A stretch of 16,362 nt of DNA from assembly GCA_022818785.1 (NCBI GenBank), contig CP063811.1, positions 138,048-154,409 of the forward strand. The letters run 5' to 3'. The stretch comes from Bacteroides sp. (GTDB lineage Bacteria; Bacteroidota; Bacteroidia; G022818785). A model generated the notes under the pieces. The model did not search any database. It was given only the letters and a program-made list of their open reading frames with translations, and was not told where the DNA came from. Both the position numbers and the translations under genes were made by a program. Every line of letters starts with the position of its first letter. Position 1 is the stretch's first letter. This document shows positions 8,599 through 16,362 of the stretch, piece by piece.

Positions 8599-9420
8599 TT
8601 AAGTATCATAATGTAATTTTTCTAAATTTAATTTTTCTATTTGAAACTTATCATAAACTATATAAACATATTGTAAATTAATAAATTGAGTAAACAATTT
8701 AACTTTTAATTGCCAAAAATCACTATTTTTATTAAATTTAAAATCATCATCTATGAATCCTATTGGAATATTCTCTTCAAATAAAGAATATCCAGTAGTT
8801 AATACTATATCTCCATTTTTAATCTTTATATGAATTGGAATATCATCTAGATTAGCATACTGTATATCAATGCCATTCCACGATAAAGAACCTATAGCAT
8901 TATTATTTTTTAATTTAACACTAATTTTAATATTACAATTTAATATTGAATATACTGTACTAAAATTATTAGAAGTATCTTTTATAATACCTACTACACT
9001 ATTATTATATATAACACCCATTCCTGAACATATACCATCTTTTTTGCCTCTATTAAGAGTTAAATAATTATTCAATAATGATACGCTGTTATTAATGACT
9101 TTGGCATAAATATATTTATATCGATAATTATCAAAATCATGTAATTGAATGTTAAAATAATCATTATTATATATATTATTAGATATATAATTTTTTAAGT
9201 CATTATTTTCTTTAATTAAGAAATTATTATTCTTTTTAAGAATTAAATATTCTCTAAAATAATTAGAATATAAATAAATATATCCTATATAATAATTACT
9301 ACTATTTAGTATAGTTTCTTTTTGATAATTATTATTTGAGATAAAAATAAACAGAGATAAAAAGAAAAATATAACAAATAATATCCAATAATTATTTTTC
9401 TTTATAAATATATATTGCAT
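8599..9420 (-). CDS. mreC: rod shape-determining protein MreC
   Basis: 273 aa. N-terminal hydrophobic anchor, coiled-coil-like stretch (LKKNNNFLIKENNDLKN), AKVINNSV...NYLTLNRGKKDGI..GMGV, GSLSWNG, LDDIPIH..IKNGD.VLTTGYS, PIG. One base downstream of mreB. Confidence 0.95.
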   Translation of the reverse strand: MQYIFIKKNNYWILFVIFFFLSLFIFISNNNYQKETILNSSNYYIGYIYLYSNYFREYLILKKNNNFLIKENNDLKNYISNNIYNNDYFNIQLHDFDNYRYKYIYAKVINNSVSLLNNYLTLNRGKKDGICSGMGVIYNNSVVGIIKDTSNNFSTVYSILNCNIKISVKLKNNNAIGSLSWNGIDIQYANLDDIPIHIKIKNGDIVLTTGYSLFEENIPIGFIDDDFKFNKNSDFWQLKVKLFTQFINLQYVYIVYDKFQIEKLNLEKLHYDT

Positions 9421-9421
9421 T

Positions 9422-10447
9422 CTACTGAATTAGAAATGAATATTTTTTAATATTATTTTGCACTATACCAGTTCCTTTTACTACTGCTCTTAAAGGATCT
9501 TCTGCTATATGAACATTTAATTTTGTTTTTTCCATAATTCTATTACTTAATCCTTTTAATAAAGCTCCTCCTCCAGTCAAATATATTCCTGTTTGATATA
9601 TATCAGCTGCTAATTCAGGAGGTGTAATTTCTAAAGCTTTTAAAATTGATTCTTCAATTTTAGATATTGATTTATCTATTGATTTGGCAATTTCTTCAGA
9701 AGATATTATAATCTGTTTAGGTATTCCAGTCACCAAATCTCTACCATATATTGCAAATTCAGATAATTTAAAATCTTTGTTTTTACAAATAGTTGTTCCA
9801 ATTGCTATTTTAGCTTTTTCAGCAGTTCTATAACCAATTAAGACATTATGTTGATATCTCATATAATTAACTATATCATCATCTAAATTATTTCCTGCAA
9901 TTCTAATAGATTTATCACTTACTATACCTCCTAAAGCTATAACTGCAATTTCAGTAGATCCTCCACCTATATCAACTATCATATTACCACATGGTGCTAA
10001 AACATCAATACCAATACCTATAGCTGCTGCCATTGGTTCTTGAATCATATAAACATCTTTTGCCCCAGCTATTTCAGCAGAATCTCTTACAGCTCTTTTT
10101 TCTACTTCGGTTATTCCAGAAGGTATGCATATCACCATATTTAAAGATGTAAATAACCATCTTTTACGTTTGTCAATCATTGCAATAAAGCCTCTTATCA
10201 TATGTTCTGCAGCATGAAAATCTGCAATAACACCATCTTTCATAGGCCTTATAATTTTAATATGTTCATGAGTTTTACCATCCATAAACATTGCTTCTTT
10301 TCCTAATGCTAAAATCTTACCATTTTGTCTATTAATAGCTACTACAGAAGGTTCTTCTATAACGACTTTATCATTAAATATAATTAAAGTATTAGCAGTA
10401 CCTAAATCAATCGCTATATTTTGAGTAAATAAATCAAATAAAAACAT
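9422..10447 (-). CDS. mreB: rod shape-determining actin-like protein MreB
   Basis: 341 aa. IAIDLGTANTL, EPSVVA, RPMKDGVIADF, PSGITEVEKRAV, EPMAAAIG, DIGGGSTE, TPPELAADI, LTGGGALL. Confidence 0.99.
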   Translation of the reverse strand: MFLFDLFTQNIAIDLGTANTLIIFNDKVVIEEPSVVAINRQNGKILALGKEAMFMDGKTHEHIKIIRPMKDGVIADFHAAEHMIRGFIAMIDKRKRWLFTSLNMVICIPSGITEVEKRAVRDSAEIAGAKDVYMIQEPMAAAIGIGIDVLAPCGNMIVDIGGGSTEIAVIALGGIVSDKSIRIAGNNLDDDIVNYMRYQHNVLIGYRTAEKAKIAIGTTICKNKDFKLSEFAIYGRDLVTGIPKQIIISSEEIAKSIDKSISKIEESILKALEITPPELAADIYQTGIYLTGGGALLKGLSNRIMEKTKLNVHIAEDPLRAVVKGTGIVQNNIKKYSFLIQ

Positions 10448-10581
10448 CTTAAATAAAAATTTGTTATATCAATGATAAATTTAATAATATTTATCAATTT
10501 TTTTATTATAAAATAGTTTTATTCAAAATAAAAGAATTTTATATTTAGAATTGTAAATGAAAAATAATATCAATCAATCTT

Positions 10582-12021
10582 ATGAAAGAAGTAAAATATT
10601 CTTTGAAAGAAATTATTACACATTGTAAAAATTATGGATTTATATTTGCAAGTAGTGAAATATATGAAGGAATAAATTCTATTTATGATTATGGTCCTAA
10701 TGGAATTGCTTTGAAAAATAATTTAAAAAAATATTGGTGGAAGTCTATGATACAAATGAATAATGAAATTGTAGGATTAGATTCTGCTATATTAACTCAT
10801 GAAAAAATATGGAGAGCTTCTGGCCATTTAGAACAATTTAATGATATAATGATTGATAATAAAGATTCTAAACTAAGATACAGAATAGATGAATTAATAG
10901 ATATTAAAATACAAGATTTTGACAATGATATAAATAAAGCCCAAACTCTAAAAAGAGATATTGATGAATGTATTTCAAAAAAAGATTTAAGTAAATTATT
11001 TGAATTAATAAAACATTATAATATTTTAGATCCTATTTCAAAAACATCTAATTGGACAAAACCAAAAATAATGAATATGATGTTTTATACTAATATAAAC
11101 ACTGATATTAATAGTAATAATAATGTTTACTTGAGACCTGAAACAGCTCAAGGTATATTTATCAACTTTAATAATATTGTTAAAAGTAATAATTTATCAA
11201 TACCATTTGGTGTGGCTCAAATTGGTAAGGCATTTAGAAATGAAATTATAGCAAGACAATTTATTATGCGCATGAAAGAGTTTGAACAAATGGAATTACA
11301 ATATTTTGTAATTCCAAAAGATAATAAATACTGGTATGAAAATTGGCAAAAAAGAAGATTACAATGGCACTTTAACCTTTTAAATAAATCCAAAATAAAA
11401 ATTAAAAATCATGATCAAAAATCACATTATGAATTAGAAGGTAGTGATATAGAATATCTTTTCCCATTTGGATTTAAAGAAATAGAAGGAATTCATTTAA
11501 GAGGAGATTATGATTTGAAAAGACATCAACGTTGTTCAAAACAAAATATAAAAGTTTTTGACAAAAAAAATAATACATATTATATTCCTCATGTTGTGGA
11601 AACATCAATTGGTGTAGATAGGTTATTTTTATCTATATTATTTGATTCCTTTGTAATAGAAAATATTAATAATAAACAAAGATTTTTATTGAAATTAAAT
11701 CCAATGCTATCTCCTATTAAAGTTGCAATAATGCCTTTAATTCAAAAAAATGAACTCATTAATATAAGTATTAATATTTTTCATGATATTAAATTTTATA
11801 CTGAAGCAAAATATTTTATCAAGAATTCAATAGGAAAAAGATATAGAAAGCAAGATGCTATAGGAACCCCTTATTGTATTACTGTAGATAATAATACTTT
11901 AAATGATGAAAGTGTAACTCTAAGATATAGAGATTCTATGCAACAAGAAAGAATTAAAATAAATTATGTAAAAGAAAAAATACTATCATTATTAAATGAT
12001 AATGAATTAATGAATTTTTAA
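10582..12021 (+). CDS. glyQS: glycine--tRNA ligase, homodimeric (alpha2) type
   Basis: 479 aa. SSEIYEG...YDYGPNG, WRASGH, YLRPETAQGIF, PFGVAQIGKAFRNEI, EFEQMELQYF, FPFGFKEIEGI, ETSIGVDR, anticodon domain SIGKRYRKQDAIGTPYCITVD. Confidence 0.97.
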   Translation: MKEVKYSLKEIITHCKNYGFIFASSEIYEGINSIYDYGPNGIALKNNLKKYWWKSMIQMNNEIVGLDSAILTHEKIWRASGHLEQFNDIMIDNKDSKLRYRIDELIDIKIQDFDNDINKAQTLKRDIDECISKKDLSKLFELIKHYNILDPISKTSNWTKPKIMNMMFYTNINTDINSNNNVYLRPETAQGIFINFNNIVKSNNLSIPFGVAQIGKAFRNEIIARQFIMRMKEFEQMELQYFVIPKDNKYWYENWQKRRLQWHFNLLNKSKIKIKNHDQKSHYELEGSDIEYLFPFGFKEIEGIHLRGDYDLKRHQRCSKQNIKVFDKKNNTYYIPHVVETSIGVDRLFLSILFDSFVIENINNKQRFLLKLNPMLSPIKVAIMPLIQKNELINISINIFHDIKFYTEAKYFIKNSIGKRYRKQDAIGTPYCITVDNNTLNDESVTLRYRDSMQQERIKINYVKEKILSLLNDNELMNF

Positions 12022-13215
12022 ATTTTTTATTTTACGATATAATGTTCTTTCTGATATACCTAAATCAGAAGCTGTGTTTTTTCGTTTACCATGATTTTTT
12101 TTTAGTATTTTTTTAATCAATTGATTTTCTTGATCTTTCAAAGATAATGTATCCTCAACATGATTATAATCATCATTAATCAATATATGATTTTTATCTT
12201 CAATTGGTATTTTCAATTTTTTTTCATTATTTTTTTTTAACAGTATATTTTTTAACAAATGTGATTTATCAGATAAATTACTACTTTTTATAATTGTAGA
12301 TACAATTCTTTTTAAATCGTTAACCTCTTTTTTCATATCTATCAATATTTTATATAAAAATTCTTTTTCAGTTATACTGTTATTATAATTGTTCTTTATT
12401 GAAAGTTTATTATTGAATGTTTCTATATTAGTAGGTATGTATTTTTTTAAAGTTATTAAATCTAAAAATTCTTTATTTTCTAGGACAATAATTTGTTCTG
12501 CAATATTTTTTAATTGTCTTATATTACCAGGCCAATGATAATTTTCTATTAAGTTTAATGCTTTTTCATCTACAGAAGGATATTGGGTTTTATATTTATC
12601 GCTAAAATATTTTAAATAATAATAAAAAATAATTTTTATATCTTCTTTTCTTTCCCTAAGTGATGGTATATTAATTTTTATAGTACTTAATCTATAATAT
12701 AGATCATTTCGCATTTTACCATTTTTTAATGCACTATCAATATTAATATTTGTTGCAGCTATAATTCTAATATCTAATTTATCAATTTTAGAACTTCCAA
12801 CTCGCATATATTCTCCTAATTCTAAAATACGTAACAATCTAGCCTGAGTAGATAAGGGCATCTCTCCAATCTCATCTAAAAAAATGGTACCATTATTTAC
12901 GGTTTCAAAATAACCTTTTCTATCTTCTGTTGCAGAAGTAAAAGATCCCTTTACATGACCAAACAATTCTGAATCAATAGTGCCTTCCGGAATGGCTCCA
13001 CAATTAATAGCCATAAAAGAATTATGCTTTCTATTACTTAATTGATGAATAATTTTAGCAAAAACTTCTTTTCCAGTACCACTTTCTCCGCTAATTAATA
13101 CTGACACATCAGTATATGCTATTTTAATTGCTATATCAATTAAATTGTTCAAAATTTCATTATTACCAATTATAGAAAATCTATTTTTAATAAACTGAAT
13201 ATTATCTTTTTTCAT
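12007..13215 (-). CDS. sigma54-interacting AAA+ transcriptional regulator with Fis-type HTH, no N-terminal sensor or receiver domain
   Basis: 402 aa. Walker A GESGTGKE, INCGAIPE, SELFGHVKGSFTSA, Walker B GTIFLDEIGEM, QARLLRIL, RIIAATN, RNDLYYRL, WPGNIRQL, C-terminal ASDLGISERTLYRKIK. Overlaps the miaB end by 14 nt. Confidence 0.94.
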   Translation of the reverse strand: MKKDNIQFIKNRFSIIGNNEILNNLIDIAIKIAYTDVSVLISGESGTGKEVFAKIIHQLSNRKHNSFMAINCGAIPEGTIDSELFGHVKGSFTSATEDRKGYFETVNNGTIFLDEIGEMPLSTQARLLRILELGEYMRVGSSKIDKLDIRIIAATNINIDSALKNGKMRNDLYYRLSTIKINIPSLRERKEDIKIIFYYYLKYFSDKYKTQYPSVDEKALNLIENYHWPGNIRQLKNIAEQIIVLENKEFLDLITLKKYIPTNIETFNNKLSIKNNYNNSITEKEFLYKILIDMKKEVNDLKRIVSTIIKSSNLSDKSHLLKNILLKKNNEKKLKIPIEDKNHILINDDYNHVEDTLSLKDQENQLIKKILKKNHGKRKNTASDLGISERTLYRKIKNLKIH

Positions 13216-14545
13216 CTGATATTTTTCCTATTAATGTATTATGAGAATATGATTGAATTAATACATTGACATATTTACCTGGATATAAATTATCCTTTTT
13301 AGGAAATATAACTTTATAATTTTGTTCATTAAATCCTACAAAATCTTTATTAGATTTTTTAGATCTGCCATTAATCAAAATATTACAATATTTTCCAATA
13401 AATTGACTTGATCTTAATAATGTATGCTTTTTCTGCAATTCAATTATTTCTTGCAATCTATTATTTTTTTCACTATCGCTTAAATTATCTTGCATTTTTT
13501 TGCTAGCATAGGTCCCCTCTCTGTTAGAATATTTAAACATATAAGCAAAGTTAAATTTTATTTTTTCCATTATGTTTAATGTTTCACTATGATCTTTTTC
13601 TGTTTCACCACAAAATCCTGTCATTATATCTGTAGATATAGAACAATTAGGTATGATTTGTCTGATAAAGTGTATTTTTTGAAGAAATGTTTCTGTGTCA
13701 TATTTTCTCTTCATAAGATTAAGTATTTTATTACTACCTGATTGTATTGGTAAATGAATGTATTTTAATATATTTTTATTATTAGATATTGTATATATTA
13801 CATCTTCAGTCATATCTTTAGGATGTGATGTTGTAAAGGTTATAATTAATTCTGGGAATTTTTTAGCTATTTGATCTAATAAACAAGAAAAATCCACAAC
13901 ATCATTATTCTTTTTCCATTTATATGAATCTACATTTTGTCCTATAAGTATAATTTTTTTTATATTTTTAGATAATAATACATCTATTTCTTTAAAAATA
14001 CTGACAGGATTTTTACTTCTTTCTCTACCTCTAGTAAATGGTACAACACAAAAAGTACACATATTATCACATCCTCGCATTATTGATATGTATGAATATA
14101 TATTCTTATTAATAGAAGTTGGTATGATGTTATCATATGTTTGTGTACGTGATAATGTTACATTACAGGATTTTATTTTGTTAAATGCTTTAAAAAGTAC
14201 TTCGGGTAATTCTTCATATGAATCTGGTCCTACTACAAAAGTAATCAATTCATTTTCATTTAATAATTTATGTTTTAATCTTTCTGCCATACATCCAATA
14301 ATGCCAACTATTGTATCACTATGAATAATATTTTTTATAGTGTTAAGTCTTTTAATAATTAAATCTTCGGCATTTTGCCTAATTGAACAAGTATTAATTA
14401 ATATAACATTTGCATATTGAATATTATTAGTATAATTAAATCCCATTTTATTCATTATTGATACTACTATTTCAGTATCATAAAAATTCATTTGACATCC
14501 GTATGTTTCTATATAAAAATTTTTTTCTTTAAAATATTCATTCAT
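13202..14545 (-). CDS. miaB: tRNA-i(6)A37 methylthiotransferase MiaB
   Basis: 447 aa. N-terminal methylthiotransferase domain cysteines (ETYGCQMN, NTCSIR, GCMAER), radical SAM CxxxCxxC (GCDNMCTFCVVPFTRGRERS), HLPIQSGS, TDIMTGFCGETE, FKYSNREGT, C-terminal TRAM-like domain. Confidence 0.97.
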   Translation of the reverse strand: MNEYFKEKNFYIETYGCQMNFYDTEIVVSIMNKMGFNYTNNIQYANVILINTCSIRQNAEDLIIKRLNTIKNIIHSDTIVGIIGCMAERLKHKLLNENELITFVVGPDSYEELPEVLFKAFNKIKSCNVTLSRTQTYDNIIPTSINKNIYSYISIMRGCDNMCTFCVVPFTRGRERSKNPVSIFKEIDVLLSKNIKKIILIGQNVDSYKWKKNNDVVDFSCLLDQIAKKFPELIITFTTSHPKDMTEDVIYTISNNKNILKYIHLPIQSGSNKILNLMKRKYDTETFLQKIHFIRQIIPNCSISTDIMTGFCGETEKDHSETLNIMEKIKFNFAYMFKYSNREGTYASKKMQDNLSDSEKNNRLQEIIELQKKHTLLRSSQFIGKYCNILINGRSKKSNKDFVGFNEQNYKVIFPKKDNLYPGKYVNVLIQSYSHNTLIGKISDEKR

Positions 14546-14593
14546 TTTTATTGTATTTTATTTTTTTATAAAAATATTATAACACTGTATGCA

Positions 14594-15856
14594 TTAGCTT
14601 ATACAAGTCTTACTTGATATTAAACGGATTAATATAAATAAAAATATAGTAAAACTCACAAGAGATGATCCTCCATAACTGATATATGGTAGTGTAATAC
14701 CTATGACCGGTATCAAACCTAATGTCATGCCTACGTTAATTATGATATGTATAAATAGTATAGAAATAAATGAATATCCATATATTCTTGTAAAAATAGA
14801 ATTTTGATTTTCAATTAAAAATATTATTCTTAATATTAATACTAAATATAGTATAATAACTAAATTGCTGCCTATAAACCCCCATTGTTCCGCTATAGTA
14901 CAAAATATAAAATCAGTATCTTGTTGAGGTATGAAGTTGTATTTAGTTTGAGTTCCTTTTAAAAAACCTTTTCCAAATAATCTACCAGATCCAATAGCAA
15001 TTTTTGATTGATTAAGATTATATGCTTCATTTTTAAGATTAATTTTACTATTGTGATTAAATAATACAGTTATACGAGATCTTTGATATGGTTTTAAAAT
15101 ATTATATGTAATATAATTGGCCGTTAAAATTGATATAAATAACATTATGCCACCTATTATAATATTTTTATAATATTTTTTATTTTTTCTCAAAATATAT
15201 GTAAATATTACAATACTAAAAAATATTATTATTAAAATATTTTGTATAGAATTAATAATATTAACTAGTAAGAGAGATAATATTAATATTATTCCTATAA
15301 TTGGATACACAATTGATAACCCCTCCCTATATAAAACTATTATAAAAGATAAAAAAGTAGTTGCACTACCTATATCTCCTTGTAAAGTTATCAATAATAT
15401 TGGAATAGATATTATAATAAAACATAATATCCATTTTAAATTATTTAATTGATATTTATATTTTGTTAGTATACTAGATATTATAAGAGAAGTGGATATT
15501 TTACACAATTCAGAAGGTTGTAATTTACAAAATCCTAAATTAATCCATGATTTGCTTCCACTAACTGATAAACCATTATATAACACCAATATTAACAAAA
15601 ATATAGTTGATAAATATATTACTATATTCGATGATATCGAAAACCATTTAGGATCTAATAAAAGTATTGTTATAATTATAATTATACATAATAAAATCCA
15701 TAATAATTGTTTGTTATAATTATTATCAAATTTAAGTTTATTTGTAAAATCTATTTCTTTATACGAATCAAAATTATTAGAATATATACTAATAACTCCT
15801 AGTATTACTAACAAAAAGTATGATGATATAATAATTAAATCCAATTTTTTATTCAT
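14594..15856 (-). CDS. rodA: SEDS peptidoglycan glycosyltransferase RodA
   Basis: 420 aa, multi-pass hydrophobic. GSKSWI..G...QPSELCK, YQRSRI, YNLNQSKIAIGSG..GKGFLKGTQ, TDFIF (catalytic Asp), NVGMTLGLIPVIGITLPYISYGGSS. Directly downstream of PBP2. Confidence 0.96.
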   Translation of the reverse strand: MNKKLDLIIISSYFLLVILGVISIYSNNFDSYKEIDFTNKLKFDNNYNKQLLWILLCIIIIITILLLDPKWFSISSNIVIYLSTIFLLILVLYNGLSVSGSKSWINLGFCKLQPSELCKISTSLIISSILTKYKYQLNNLKWILCFIIISIPILLITLQGDIGSATTFLSFIIVLYREGLSIVYPIIGIILILSLLLVNIINSIQNILIIIFFSIVIFTYILRKNKKYYKNIIIGGIMLFISILTANYITYNILKPYQRSRITVLFNHNSKINLKNEAYNLNQSKIAIGSGRLFGKGFLKGTQTKYNFIPQQDTDFIFCTIAEQWGFIGSNLVIILYLVLILRIIFLIENQNSIFTRIYGYSFISILFIHIIINVGMTLGLIPVIGITLPYISYGGSSLVSFTIFLFILIRLISSKTCIS

Positions 15857-15865
15857 ATTTTATAA

Positions 15866-16362
15866 TCAATTAGAATAATTAATTAATTTATTTATATAAT
15901 TATCTGATTTATTTATACTATTAGCAATATATTTTTCAATCATTATACTAGCTATTGGGGCAGCATACATAGATCCAAAACCTCCGTTTTCTATTACTAC
16001 AGATATTGCTATAACAGGATCATTATATGGTGCAAATCCTCCAAATATAGAATGATCTCCCTGACTTGATTGAGATGTTCCAGTTTTACCACAAAAATTG
16101 ATATTGCTAATTTTAGAATTTTTTGCAGTACCATATTGAATAACATTATACATACTTTCATGTATTATATTAAAATGATGAGGAGATACTTTACATGTAG
16201 TTTTTTGATAAGAATTATTATCTTTTTTAATTAAATGAGGACTATATCCATATCCTTTATTTGCGATAATAGCGATCATATGAGCCATTTGTATAGGAGT
16301 CATTGTAATTTCACCTTGACCTAAAGCTAAAGAAATAATATTGGATGATTTCCATTTTTTTT
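15866..16362 (-). CDS. mrdA: penicillin-binding protein 2, C-terminal transpeptidase part (5'-truncated by the window edge)
   Basis: Frame is open from the right edge (KKWKSSNIISLALGQGEITMTPIQMA...), so the track start at 16303 is internal. Contains GTA, the KTG motif CGKTGTSQ, DHSIF..FAPYNDPVIA, ENGGFG...AAPIA. Upstream of rodA. Confidence 0.93.
   Translation of the reverse strand, partial: KKWKSSNIISLALGQGEITMTPIQMAHMIAIIANKGYGYSPHLIKKDNNSYQKTTCKVSPHHFNIIHESMYNVIQYGTAKNSKISNINFCGKTGTSQSSQGDHSIFGGFAPYNDPVIAISVVIENGGFGSMYAAPIASIMIEKYIANSINKSDNYINKLINYSN

Larger units (their letters stand above)
8136..8609 (-). pseudogene. mreD: rod shape-determining protein MreD, interrupted by two frameshifts at simple repeats (may still be expressed by slippage, or may be an assembly artefact)
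   Basis: Hand translation gives three segments. Segment 1: ATG at 8609, overlapping the mreC end, MILKLSTYIIIYMIQVLLCNNMKLYGIYVPYIYI..., TGA at 8486-8484. Segment 2 (track ORF frame): ...IAFLLGCIIDIFDNTMGLHCMAC..., stop at 8290-8288. Segment 3, 8345-8136: KKKWIEQINYNKTDIFNYINTYLSIVIHHFILYHFALFSLKHFGIITLHVLKHSIMTSFFIFFIKFLNK*. These resemble recalled Bacteroidota MreD motifs (QVLxxNN..PYIY; AFLLGxxIDxFxxTxGxH; IHHFIL). Position directly after mreC fits. Confidence 0.88.

Noticed and set aside
10448-10581. Divergent promoters between mreB and glyQS
   Set aside because: Promoters are likely by position, but I found only imperfect matches to the Bacteroidota -7 element TAnnTTTG (e.g. TAGAATTG), which are not significant at this AT content.
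14881-14935. RodA PQQDTDFIF...AEQWG (Glu-to-Gln changes) as evidence of inactivation
   Set aside because: The catalytic Asp (TD), QPSE..K and SYGGSS motifs are retained and the ORF is full length, so loss of function is unsupported.
8870-15719. Plus-strand ORFs 8870-9067, 14088-14324 and 15492-15719
   Set aside because: Short, fully antisense to mreC, miaB and rodA, with no motif support.
1-16362. Sigma54 -24/-12 promoter as a local target of the regulator
   Set aside because: The TGGCA occurrences I saw are inside genes. None lies in an intergenic spacer, and those I checked lack a correctly spaced TTGC.
1-16362. CRISPR array, IS or prophage, toxin-antitoxin or defence system, riboswitch
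   Set aside because: No spaced repeats, transposase-like ORFs or unassigned genes. The largest spacer is 134 bp with no evident stable structure.

Overview
Very AT-rich (roughly 20-25% GC by eye), tightly packed housekeeping region of a reduced-genome Bacteroidota bacterium, most likely an endosymbiont. Several protein motifs look Sphingobacteriia-like. Gene order: rpoB (3' part, +), rpoC (+), pth (-), rplY (-), tRNA-Gln(UUG) (-), clpP (+), rpmE2 (+), mreD (-, split by two frameshifts), mreC (-), mreB (-), glyQS (+), sigma54-type AAA+/Fis-HTH regulator (-), miaB (-), rodA (-), mrdA/PBP2 (3' part, -). Intergenic DNA totals only about 369 bp (~2.3%). I see no mobile element, CRISPR array, defence system or gene of unknown family, and cannot support a wholly new multi-gene system. 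The strongest unexplained signal is mreD. The ORF track shows only a 79-aa middle piece, but a full-length MreD can be read from 8609 to 8136 in three segments joined at an (AT)7 microsatellite and an A11 tract. This could be slippage-rescued expression, phase variation, early pseudogenisation or assembly error. Also notable: a split and reordered mreBCD / mrdA-rodA operon, an enhancer-binding protein with a GSFTSA loop, a probable clean loss of prs, and convergent junctions with no room for terminators.
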